From Octopus sinensis (taxonomy: Eukaryota): a stretch of 64,000 nucleotides of DNA. This document shows, one piece after another, positions 1 through 12,788 of this stretch (position 1 is its first letter; each line of letters begins with the position of its first letter). Location of the stretch: assembly GCF_006345805.1 (NCBI RefSeq), contig NC_043017.1:8432001-8496000 (forward strand), written 5' to 3'. Below the pieces are notes generated by a model. It saw only the letters and a list, made by a program, of their open reading frames with translations, was not told where the DNA came from and did no database searches. The position numbers and the translations under genes are program-made.

Positions 1-2786
1 GTTTTATAATTATTCCTATTTTAGTGTCCTTCGTATGAAATATTTTATCACACACCTGTGACCTCTTCAGTGACTCTCCATTCCATGTGTCTCCTCTTTT
101 TCTGTTTAGTTCATTCTGTCTTTCTATTGTGTGTATCCTTATCTGCACATGCATTTGCATCTGTATCTGTGTATGTGTGTGTTTTGCATGTGTTTATGTA
201 TTTTGTATGTGTGTTTTATGTGTGTGTGTGTGTGTATGAGTTTGCTTATTACATCGTTTGTATCTGTGCCCTTTATAAACATAATCTTTTTTTTAATTAA
301 AAGAAATTTTCAGAAAGTTATGAGGAAACAAAGTTGGTGGCAGGGGTGGGGGGTGCACACGCTTGTAGTTATGTCATATCCCTCCAAATCTTCCCAATTT
401 CATAAAAAAAAAAAAAAAAAAAAAATCCGATGTCCGAAGCCGACATCAATGAGAATTGAACTCGAAACATTGAGCAACATAACAAACAGACTGCAAGTGT
501 TAAAAAAAAAATACACCCAGTCTGTCGTGCAAACGTTCTGTGTAATTACTGGCCTCATCAGTGATGATGATATTAACCGTGTAGCTCGCAGCCCATCTGA
601 CCTTGATCAGATGAAGTGAGATGAACGATTAAGCTGCTCGGCGGATTAACATCGACATCACACCTCAACTAAAGCGGGGAGGATTGCTTTATCCTTTTTT
701 TTTTTATTATTTTGTTTTTGGATTTTTTTTGCATCAATTTTTAATAGATTTTTTTTTTTGCTTTTTGTGCAATTTTGTTTTTGTGTATTTTTGTTGTGGC
801 TTATTTTATGTTTCTTTTATTATTTTTTTTTATGTAAGAACATCGCATTAAACTAAGACATTGTCTTTCGGAAGGGCTGGGTTGTGTTTTTTTAACAGCT
901 TTACACCTCAAACAGATGCTCTTTACAGATCTCTCTCTCTCCCTCCCTCTTTCCCTCTCTCTCTATCTCTCTCCCTCTTTCCCCCTTTCTCTCTCTCTCA
1001 CTCACACTGTCTCTCTCTTTTGAACTTGGGTGTTCATGATTTATCGACTTTGATTGATTTTGTTTGTTGCTCGTAGCTGTGGCAGTAGTTGTGGTTGTTA
1101 CACACTCAACTATGTGTGTATGGATGTATATATACATGTATGTGCATATGTGTGTGTGTATATATGTGTACATATGCTCACACATATACACATTAAATAT
1201 TGATAGGAGTGAATTAGGACAAGTCTCTATTCCACCATTAATCACTAACTGTGTTACACATATATATATACACACACATACATACATATATATATCTGTG
1301 CATGTGTATATACATACATGCGTGTGTGTGTATGTGTGCACACATATATGTCTATATGTATGTGTGTACATATGTATGTATATTATCCAGTTTTTATGTA
1401 ATACTAGGTAAAGTGGATTATCTAAGAGGTGTTCTCAGTCCCGATATAAGAAGGGGGAAGTTGGGAGGTGGCTATATTCATTTAACCCCACCTCTTTCTC
1501 TCTCCCCACCTCTACTTTCCGGGAGGTTCGGTATTATTAGAGTTCCTTTTCCTATAGTTCTTTTTTTTTGTGCCATCTCATATATACACATGTCTCAAAT
1601 ATACACACATCTCAAATATATACCCTGCACTTGTTTCACAGATTATAGATACTTACATTTTGTAATGGGTATATTTTTGTTATGTTGATGTTACATATAT
1701 ACACAGTGCCTGGTAAAAAGCACCCAGTACACTGTGTAAAGTGGTTGGCATTAGGAAGGGCATCCAGCCATAGAAACCAGGCAAAAATTGGAGCCTGGTG
1801 CAGTTCTCTGGTATGCCAGCTCCTGCTAAACCATCCAACCCATGCTAGCATGGAAAAGAGACATTAAATGATGATGATGGTGATGATATATGTATATACT
1901 TATGTTTGTGTATATATATATATACACATATGTATGGGTGTATGTTAGGAAGTTTACTTTCTAACCATATGGTTTCAGGTTCAGTTCCACTGCCTGGCAC
2001 CTTGGTCTTCTACTATAACTTTGGGCTGACCAAAGACTTGTGAGTGGATATGGTAAATGGAAACTGAAAGAATCCCACCATGTGTGAATATATGCGTGTG
2101 CGTGTGTTGTGTGCATGTGTATGTATATATGCATGTGTGTGTGTGTTTGTGTGTTTGGATCTTGTCAGGAGATCACATGATAGTTATAAAGGAGTGTCAC
2201 ATATGCAAGCAGTTTCCAATAGTTTGCAAAAACATGTCTGGCCATGGGAAAATAGATAACCATACTTGGAAGTGGATAAAGGTTGGTGACAGGAAGGGCA
2301 TCCAGAAAATCTGCCTCAGTAAACTCAGAACAACCGAGGCAAGTACGGAGAAGTGGTTGTTAAATGATGATGCTAGTTATGATACATTACTGAAAGAAGC
2401 CTTTTCCATACTTTGTGTTTGTTTGTGTGTGTGTGTGTGTGTGTGTATGTGCATGCATCTTTGTCTTGACATTGTGTGATAGTTGTAAACAAATGTCACA
2501 ATCTTGCAAGTGATGTGATTCCTTTCCACTCTGCTGTGGAAACACGTCTGGCTGTGGGGGAAATATTACCTTGCTTGGGAACAAGTAAGGTTTGGTGACA
2601 GGAAGAGCATCCAGCCATAATAAAATTCTGTGTCAACAAATTGTCTCAGCTCCAGTCACAGCTCAGTACCCCGTCTCAAGTGCTGAAGTTAACTGAGACT
2701 ATGTGCAAATTTCTTCATAATGTCCTGGGACCTGCAAGAACTCAGGAGAGCCTGCAAGTGTTGGAAGAAACTCTCCGCATTTTGCT

Positions 2787-2817
<31 letters not shown>

Positions 2818-5800
2818 ACAAACTATGGAATCTGGTGTGGCTCCTGGCCTTGCCAGGTCCTATTGAACTGTCCAACCCATGCCAGCATCAAAATAGATAT
2901 TAAATGATGGCGATAATGATGGTGGTGGTAGTGGGGGGGATGATGATGAGGTATCTCACCTGTTCCAAAGGTAATTTGTCACATAGTGCTAGCAGGTTAT
3001 TTTAGCAATGTCTGGCAAAGCGATGTATCCCCTCTCAGTTCAATGTTTGTGTTGTGAAAATAAACCCCATGAATTTATACCAAAAGTCGTTAATGTATTT
3101 GTTGTTAATTAGGGAAAGTGGGGCAAGGAAAGTTATGTGTGTTGCTTCAGGGGTAAATAAGCTCAATGCCTGTTTTAGTAAGATTTGAACTTATAATCAT
3201 TTGGTTAGTAGAGCAGTTCATTAACCTTAAGGCCGTTGTCATCATAAGCATCATCGTCGTTTAATGTTCATCTTATCTTCTATGTTGGCATGGGTTGGAC
3301 AGGTTGACAGGAGCTGCAAAGCCTGGGGACTGCGACAAGCTCCACTGTCTGCTTTGCATCAAGCTGGTAAAAAGGAAATAAACTACATGTGCACATTCAC
3401 ACGCCTACACACACACATACACACATGTGCACATGCATACACACATGCATATATATATATGTGCACACACACACACACACATTTCACAGCAGCAATACGT
3501 TCATTTTCTCTTACTATCACAACCACCACCACCACCACCACCACAACAACAACATCATCATCAGCATCACCATCAGTGTTACCATCCCCGCTGTCAATAC
3601 TAGCATTGTCATCATCATCATCATCATCAAGTCAAACATGACTATAGACTATAAATGTTCAACTTGATGGTGGTGATGGTGATCATAGTGGTGGTGGTGG
3701 CGGTGGAGTGGTGATGATGCTGTTGGTGTTGGTTGTGTTAGTAGTAACAGTGGTGGTGGTAGTAGTGTTTGAAGTAATGGTCACGATGTTTGTGGTGGTA
3801 GTGGTGGTGGTTGTGGTGGTGGGGAGTGTAACAATGGTGACTTTGATGATGGTGATGGTAGTGATGGTGGCAGTGGTGATTGTGGTGGTGGTAGTTATGG
3901 TGATAAGAATGATGATGATGATGATGGAGGAGGAGGTGGTGATAACAAGGTCTAAATGCCTCTCACCATGCCACGGTCAAGACAACCAACACCCAGTGCC
4001 AAATAAAGGCAGCTTAATAAATCTTTAATGAATAATCTTTAATCAATAATCTTCATTGTTTCTTGTATTGGCACAAGGCTGCAGGAGGAGATTGGACTGG
4101 TTTGACCTCAGTATATTACAGGTGCCTTTTTTATTGATCTCTGAGGGATGGAAAGCAAAATCGATCTTCTAGACAGGATTTGATGTTAGATTTCCAAGAG
4201 ATGGAACCAAATTGCACAAAGCATTCGGTCTCCCAATATTCCCGTTCCTCCCTCTCTGCCCACATTAGGCCACATGTTTTTTAGTGGGTTGACCAACAAT
4301 GGGGAACCTCAGAGGATCATGTTGGAGTTAACTTTAACCTCACAGAGCTATATTGGTTTCAAATTTTGGTACAAGGCCAACAAAGGGACTAAGTCGATTA
4401 CATTGACCCCATTCTGTTGTGTCTGGGGAGAGTCATTCTCTTTTGGTGCCTTATAATTTAAAACACTCACCAGTAAAATTTCCACTCATTTCCTTCGTTA
4501 TTTTTCTAAAATTTCATTGCGTCTTCCAACCTTTTCCATAGTTGTTGACTCTATCCGTTACTCACATTGCTTTCTTTTTGCTTGTTTGTGTGCATGTGTA
4601 TGGGTCAGTGTGTGTGTGTGTGCATATGCATGTATGTATATGTATGCATGCATGTATGTGTATGCATGTATGTGTGTGTGCATATGTATATATGTATGTA
4701 TGTTTACATTTGTATGTATGTATTCTGCATATTCATGTGTTTGCGTGTCCATGTTTGTGTGTTTGTATGTATATGTGTGTGTTTGTGTTTATGTATGTGT
4801 GTGTGTGTGTACCTCTGTCTCCTTGTGTGTGCATGTCTGAGTGTGTGTGTGTGTGCGTGTGTGTGTGTATACCTCTGTCTCCTTGTGTGTACGTGTCTGA
4901 GTGTGTGTGTGTGTATGGGTTTTTTGCAACTATGTACTGTGTTTGTATGTATGGATGTGCATCTCCATATGTGTGGACGTGTGTCTCCTTATGTGTCCTT
5001 GTGTGAAGTAAAGTGTGTGTGTGTATATATGGTCATGTATTTCAGTCTTCATTTGTGCATATGTGTGTGTGTGTGTGTGTGTGTGTGCTTGTCTGTTCAT
5101 ATAACCTATGTACCTATCTGTCTGTATGTCTATCTGTTTACTTTCATATCCATATGCTTACATACATGTTCATATACATATACATATATACATACACCCA
5201 CTGTTTAGCTGATATTTATTTTATCAACTCTGAAAGGATGGAAGTCAAGTTGCATGGTTTAGTGGTTAGGGTATTTGGCTCACAATCATAAGGTCATGAG
5301 TTCAATTCTGGGCACCATGTCTCGTCCTTCACCAAGAGTCTTCATTTCACATTGCTTCGGTCTACTCAGCTGGCAAAAAATTAGTTTTACCAGTGTTTCA
5401 AATGGTCAGTCTTGTCACACTCTGTGTTATGCTAAATCTTCCCAAGAACTACATGAGGAGTACGCATGTCTGTGGAGTACTCAGTCACTTGCATGCGAAT
5501 TTCACAAACAGACTGTTCTATTGATCAGATCATCTGGAACCTTCGTTATAACCAATGAAGTGTCAGTAAAGGATGAAAGGCAAAGTCAACTTTGGTGGAA
5601 TTTGAACTCAGAATCTAATGACAGGCAAAATTCCGCTAACATTTTTTTCCCCTGGCATATGAACAATTCTTCCAGCTGACCATAAGGCTGTATTGAAGTC
5701 AATTTCTATCTGACAAAGCCACTTTGAAATTAATTTCCCTCTCAGTTGAAGTTGGGCACCTTGAAGTTATGCCATCTGACAAGGCTCCTTTGAAGTGAAC

Positions 5801-7049
5801 TTGCCATGTGACAAGGTCACATTGAAGTCAGTCATGATTTAACAAGGCCACGTTGAAGTTAATTACCACCTGACAAGGCTAAATGAAAGTCAGTTGCCAT
5901 TCGACAAAACCACATTAATGTTTGGCCTTCACCTGAAAAGGCCAAATTAAAATTAGCTGCCATCTTAGATGGCAATATTGGACATAAATACCATTTAGCA
6001 AGGCCATATTGAAGTTAGCTGTCATCTGATATGACCACAATGAAGTCACCTGCTTACATAAATTTCACTTTTAATTGAAGCAAATTAACACATAACCACT
6101 GACAGCTAAAATATCTCTGTTGCTAAAATATGCACCATCAACATCATCATTTAGTGTCTGTTTTCCATGCTGGCATGGGTTGGACAGTTTGACAGGAGGT
6201 GGTGAACCTGAGGGCTGCACCAGGCTTCAGTTGTCTGTTTTGACATGGCTTCTATGGTTGGATGCCTTTCCTAATGCCAGCCACTTTACACATGTGCTGG
6301 GTGCTTTTTACGTGGCTCCAGCATGGGTGCTATTTACATGGCACTGGCATTTATGTGGCACCATCACAACTGTTATATAAGAGGCAATACTGAAGCCAAT
6401 CCTGATGATGAGAATGTGCAAATCTAGAAATGTTGATTGCAGATCTTTCATCTTTACTTGTTTCAGTCATTTGACTGTGGCCATGCTGGGGCACTGCCTT
6501 GAAGAATTTTAGATTGAATGAATTGACCCCATTACTTGTTTGTTTGTGGACAAGATATCTCAAGACTCCCTAAAAATAGTTAGAGGTAGGATACTGAAGC
6601 AGAGCTAAAAAAATTAGGGATCCAATTAGAGAGAAACAGTGAAGATGACCCTGAGTCACAACAAATAGAAAGGCTTAAGAAGGAAAATGAAGACGCTACA
6701 ACATAAACCATCACATATATGACCACCACTATATATGCTGTACAACGTCCACCAGTGACTGTTAACATAATGTCATTCAAGCCACTGTGGGAACCTCTGC
6801 ATGGCTACTTGATCTGCTAGAAACAGCAGTCAAATCTACAGCTGAAGCAGAAGCAAGAAGAACCACGTATTTTTCTCATCACTTCTCAAGAAAAGAAGAT
6901 CAATTTCTTTGTTGGAATAAACTCAGATTTTTGTTTTTATCGAAGAAATAACGGTTTGGTGTAACTTTGTCCACCAGATGGAACAGCAGGGAACGAATTT
7001 ACATAAACAAACAACACAGCATATTGATTCCCTCGTTATGGTAGTGCTA

Positions 7050-7588
7050 CCATGATGACGATGACGACGACGACGACCACTACTACTACTACCACTACCA
7101 CCATGACTACTAACGCCAACACAACTGCTCCCACCACCATGACTACTACTATCATGACTAGCGCCCCCACCACCATCGCTGTTGCCACCATTACTGCTAC
7201 TACCACCACTACCACCACCACCATGACTACTACTACCACCATCACAACTGCTCCCACCACCATAACTACTACTATCATGACTAGCACCACCATCATCGCT
7301 GCTGCCACCACTACTGCTACTACCATCGCTGCCACCACCAATACCACCACCACAACTACTACTACCACCACAACTACTACCATCACCACCATGACTACTA
7401 CTATCATCACAACCACCACTACCATCACCATCGCTACCACCACCACTACCACCACCACTACTACCATCACTACCACCAATACTACCACCGTGATCACCAC
7501 CATCACCACAACCATCACAACCACTATCACCAACCCCAATATTACTACTGCTGCTGCTACTACTACTACTACTGCTGCCACTACTTGA
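7050..7588. repeat. Compound trinucleotide repeat (ACC/ACT/ATC)n
   Basis: About 540 bp of in-register triplets, giving poly-Thr and poly-Val pseudo-ORFs. Confidence 0.95.
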
Positions 7589-9495
7589 TGCTTTGGCATC
7601 CTCCCTCCCCCAAGCTCAGATAATTTTCCCCAAACTCCGCCCTACCCACCCCATGCTTTTGTTTACTTGCCCCTCCATTTCTTGTTCTGGCTCAACCACC
7701 ACTACTTCCTTCTTCCACACAATAGAATCTCACTCCATTATCTCCTTCTGAACCCAACCATGCCCCTTCCCTTCAGAGCCTATAACAACACACATACAAA
7801 AACATAAAACCACTGAAGAATTTTCCAAATTAATTTCACCATATTCCAATCTATTTTGACTCACAGACAACATTCTACAATTGTTTTTTAAACTTCTGTT
7901 TGTTTTTATCCAGGAGTGGCTGTGTGGTAAGTAGCTTGCTTACGAACCACATGGTTCTGGGTTCAGTCCCACTGCGTGGCACCTTGGGCAAGTGTCTTCT
8001 ACTATAGCCTCGGGCCAACCATTGCCTTGCGAGTGAATTTGGTAGACGGAAACTGAAAGAAGCCCATTGTATATATGTGCGCGTATATATATATATATAT
8101 ATCTGTAAATTAATATGTTACCGTTATTCAATAGCCAAGATAAAACTCTGAGTTTCGGATGCCAAAGTGGAAATCCACAACACCATCTCTTCGATTATCT
8201 GTATGTGTGTTTCCCCATATATGTGTCTCCCCATGAGTGTCTCCATGTCTGCATGTGGCCCTCTGTGTGTGTGTGTCTCCATGTCTGTGTATGTCCATGT
8301 GTGTGAATGTGCATGCATGTGTATGTCAATATGTGTGTTTCCCCATGTGTGTGTCTCCCCATAAGTGTCTCCATGTCTGCATGTGGCCCTGTGTGTGTGT
8401 GTGTCTCCATATCTGTGTATATGCCTGTGTGTGTATGTGTCTGTGTCCAGATGTGTATATGTGTGTGTGTCCATGTGTCTGTAAGTACATGTGTGTGATG
8501 ACAACTCCATAACCAGAACAATGAAGACATATCCTTTGTTGTCTACTGAGAGATATCTTGTGAGGCGCCGCCGCCTCACTTCTTGTCTGACACCAATATT
8601 GGTCGTCCTTTTTATTCAGTGCCATTTCTAAAGAATCTCTCAAGCCACCTACTGGCTTCAACAATAGAATGGTGTCGTTTGCAATATAATGAGGAGCTTG
8701 TAAAATTGTGTAATTAGTTTTCTTAACAAGAATGAATTTCAGAAATTATGAAATGTCTCTGCCAAGAATATGTAATTTTTATATTTCTAATTTATTAATT
8801 ATCATTATCATTGTTGTTGTTGTTGTTATCATCAGCATTAATATTATTGATATGCCAAAAGAAGTTCATTAGCCAAAGATGGTTCAAAGTTGAGATTGGC
8901 ACCAGACAAATATATTTCGTCTAATTTGATTATTCTTCTAGCCATAAGCTATTGGTCATTATCAAAGTTATCGATAATATGTCTAGTTTTGATAAATTAA
9001 CCTATAATAATAATAATAATAAAACAATGATGATGATGGTGATGATGATGATTGTTTCAAATTTAGACACAGGGTGTACAATTTTCGGAGAAGCGGTTCA
9101 ATCGATACCATTGACCACTTAGCTTGAATGGTCCTTTATTTTATTAACCCCTAAAGGTACAGTTGACCTCAAGAGAATTTGAATTCTGGAAATAAAGAAG
9201 TGAAAGAAATAGAGCCTGGTATTTGTCCACCCATCTTGTTTTTTTTTTTTTGACAGATTTCCAACTCTGCCAGCTTAATGACAGTAATAATTCTTGCTGG
9301 CAATTTTGAGGGGAAGGAGCAAGTCAACTACATCGGGGGCCCCTGTGCTTAACTGGTGCTTAGTCTATTGATCCTGAAAGGATGAAAGATAAAGTCAACC
9401 TTGGTGGAATTTGTGAAGAGAATGCAAAGAACTTAAAGATGATGATTATAGTAATTATTTCTTTACTTTCTGGAGGAGGAACATCAATCCTTTAA

Positions 9496-9714
9496 CCCTT
9501 TAGTGTTCTGATTATTCTATCAAACTTAATGCTTATTGATTCCCATTGATTTGAATTAATCATGCATTATCTCATATCTTCAAGATCTTGATGGTGTAAT
9601 TACCAAATGTAGAATAACATTGTAGGGTAGGTGTGAGAGTCTGGATCTGGTCAGTTTGAACATAAAACAGATTAAATATTTTGGCCGGATATGGCCGGTT
9701 TAAATACTAAAGGG
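9496..9714. mobile_element. piggyBac-type MITE
   Basis: TTAA|CCCTTTAGT ... ACTAAAGGG|TTAA; same family at 41658-41878, about 41890-42085 (inverted) and about 61090-61252. Confidence 0.85.
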
Positions 9715-9859
9715 TTAAATATTACCAGAATGAAGTAGAGTGAGATGAAGCTGTTGTGGAAGACACACGAGATGTTGAAATACTGTTCATTGGATAACAG
9801 TCACACTCTTCTTATTATTTCTTTAATAATGATGATAATAATAATAATAATAATAATGG

Positions 9860-10080
9860 AAGCCAGACATATTATTAATTGAGAAAGAAAGCAAACAATG
9901 CTGGAGCACAGATATAGCATGCCCAGCTGACAACAAGATATACAATAAGGAAAAAGAAAGTCGAGAGATATGACAGGTTAGCTTGGGAGGTTAAGCAGCT
10001 GTGGTCGATGAAAAAGGTAGCAGTAGTATCAATAATTGTCAGAGCCCTGGGAACAGTGTGTAAAAATCTTGAGAAATACA
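9860..10080 (+). mobile_element. R4/Dong-like non-LTR retrotransposon fragment (restriction-like endonuclease domain)
   Basis: KPDILLIEKESKQCWSTDIACPADNKIYNKEKE/(frameshift)ERYDRLAWEVKQLWSMKKVAVVSIIVRALGTV matches the PD..D...K..KY..L...GALG RLE pattern; adjacent to a (TAA)n tract. Confidence 0.8.
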
Positions 10081-11021
10081 TGTTCAACTGGTTCTTCTTT
10101 TATCAACCCCGAAAGGATGAAAGGCAAAGTCAACCTCGGAGGAATTTGATCTCAGAATGTAGATGGACAAAATGCTGCTAATGGTTCTAAATAACAATGA
10201 TAGGAATTGTTTTTAATTTAGGCTCAAAGCCAGCTATTTTTGCAAATGAGTGGGGAATTAATTGATGCTGTGGCCCCCCCCCCCCCAGTGTATAACTGGT
10301 ACTTTATCGATTGCATCAATCAGTTCCCTCTCCTCAAATTCAATTTACATGTTGAGGGGTAAAAATCTGATATTTGTGATCACAAGCAACGTGCAAACCA
10401 CAGGTATGTTTCAGGCTTATTTGACCTCATTAGTGATATCCTGATTTTTACATCTAAACAACAAAGTTTAATTTTCTCTGCAGTTGATTCTTAATCTCTC
10501 AAGATTATTCATCTTCCCTTTTCTTGTGAGTTTCTAAACAACTGGCTCAAGGTTTTCCATTATCTTTCTCCGACTGTGAATGAGAGGAATTTCATTTCAG
10601 TTCTAGAATTGTTATACACCTGTCATTCAATACTTACCTGAATTATCAAACATTGTGCTTGCTGTAGGTGTATTTGAGTTATTCCTCTTTGTTCACTTTT
10701 TTTTCTTTATATATCCACTCACCAAAGTAGCTTTTACCTGGCTTCACTGTATACAGGTGTTTATTTGCTTAGATATATGAGTGGGTGTGTCTATGTGTGT
10801 ATACACACACTCTCACACATACATGTATATATATATATATACATGCATGTGTGTATATATATATATATAATTATATATATATATATATATATAATACATG
10901 CGTGTGTGTATATATATATATATATAAGTTATACATATATATGTATATATCTATCTATCTATCTATATATATACACACACACACAAACACATGTACACAC
11001 ACACACATACATATATGTGTA

Positions 11022-11052
<31 letters not shown>

Positions 11053-11777
11053 GTTATGTGCATCACTTAGTATATTGCCAACTACTTGAATTATACACAC
11101 ACACAACATATATAACTGAGTATGTATGTATTGTGTCTGTCAGTATGCATATATATATATATGTATATCTGTGTGTATGCATGCATATGTGTATATATCT
11201 ATATACAATTACACACACACACACACACGTATTACAATCAATTCAGATTATCTTCGCATTTATCCGATGATGCTGTGGAGGCAGAGGGGTTTGGGCAATG
11301 GGGGTGGATGGAGGGGGTGGGGGAGAGTAAAGTAAGCAAAATAGACATGAAACTTTTTTTTGGTTTTTTTTTTTGCATTTTTACCTTTGTTTTGTCATAT
11401 TTATCTATTTACTTTTTTTTTCCTTACTTTCTCTTCTGTTTTGATACCCAAATCATAATTTCTATAACTTGGACATGTCTTCTTTTGTGAACTTCAAATC
11501 GTCCAGTATGCTCTCTATTGAAACTGGATAAGTGGTCGCCCACCCAAAAAGTTGGCGTTTTCTTTTCCCTTTTCTTCTTCTTTCAAACCAACCGTAATCG
11601 CCATTGCCACCACCACCACCACCTTCATATCATCACCATCTCCGCCACCACCAACACCACCACAACAATTATAACAACCACTAGGTTTTAAACATTACCT
11701 CTTTATCAACATCGGGACCTACATTGAGAACGTAAAGGACACTAAATAGGGACTTTGTCCCTGACCCTTAATTCATC

Positions 11778-11841
11778 ATGGTTGCGGGATCAGGAAACAT
11801 GGATAATAGCCGAATTGCTATCCAACGGGGCAAAAGACCAG
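11778..11841 (+). CDS. Candidate first coding exon of the myosin III gene (MVAGSGNMDNSRIAIQRGKRP + G)
   Basis: Non-repetitive island; ATG in atcATGg context, 21 codons + 1 nt, then CAG|GTGTGT donor. Phase 1 matches the acceptor at 25716, where the frame is open upstream of ATG 25781. Confidence 0.55.
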
Positions 11842-12023
11842 GTGTGTTTGTCTTACAGTATATATTGTCATTTTTGCCATCATCATCATCATCATCATTG
11901 TCTCTCATCGTAATTATTTATTATTATTGTTATTATTATTATTATTATTATTTCATTATAACTTCTCCATTTCTGACCTTTATTCAAGTTTTCTGAATCT
12001 GTATTTTTATTTCTCTCTCTCTC

Positions 12024-12058
<35 letters not shown>

Positions 12059-12643
12059 AAAAAATCCCCTCTTCCCCGCTCCCCGTCTTCCCATTCTCTC
12101 GCATCCTTCCTTCCAACTATCTCTTCCTATTCCTCTATTTCCCTCCTCCTCCTCTTCCTACAGCATCTCTCTCTTGCTCTCCCTCTCTTTTGCTCTCCTT
12201 CCTGCACTCATTCTCCCCTCACTCGTTATTTGTCTTTGACTTACACACCCCAAACTGCTCTCTCTTTCCCTCCCTCTCTCTCTCTCTATCTTTTCCTCCT
12301 ATCTACCCTCTCCTCAATTATTGCCCTCTCTGTTATTCTCTCTCTTAAGTTTCCCCACTCTATCTTCCCATCTTTTGACTTCAATCTCCCCTCATATCCT
12401 CCTGGTTAATCTCCACCATTTTCACTTTACGCTCCACCCTGCCCCATCTCACACCCCCACCACTCTACCCTACCAGCTAATCACATTTACTTCTCTCTTT
12501 CTCTCTCTCTCTCCTCTCTCTTTCTCATTCCTCGTTAAGCTGACACCTGATATTTCTTAATCACTTCATCATAGGGTGTTCTATGTTACTATGACAACTT
12601 CGCTTTATATAATGTACCGTCTGTTCCTCAATGTATAATTGTG

Positions 12644-12675
<32 letters not shown>

Positions 12676-12755
12676 GGTGTCTGTATATATATATATATAT
12701 ATATGCATGTGTTTTGTATGCATATCTATTTATGCATTTGTGTTATTTAAGCATG

Positions 12756-12788
<33 letters not shown>

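Noticed and set aside
549-563. CTGATGAGGCC on the minus strand as a hammerhead core
   Set aside because: No partner GGCC-GAAA or suitable stems found on either side.
6971-6984. CTCF-like motif CCACCAGATGGAAC (another at 60245-60260, minus strand)
   Set aside because: Each has a mismatch at a high-information position; such matches are expected by chance in 64 kb.
7036-7599. Poly-Thr (mucin-like) and poly-Val ORFs
   Set aside because: Translations of a compound trinucleotide repeat; no signal peptide or splice support.
8558-8579. GC-rich hairpin GTGAGGCG-ccgc-CGCCTCAC followed by a T-rich tract (terminator-like)
   Set aside because: Intrinsic terminators are not meaningful in this eukaryotic context, and a single short stem has no other support.
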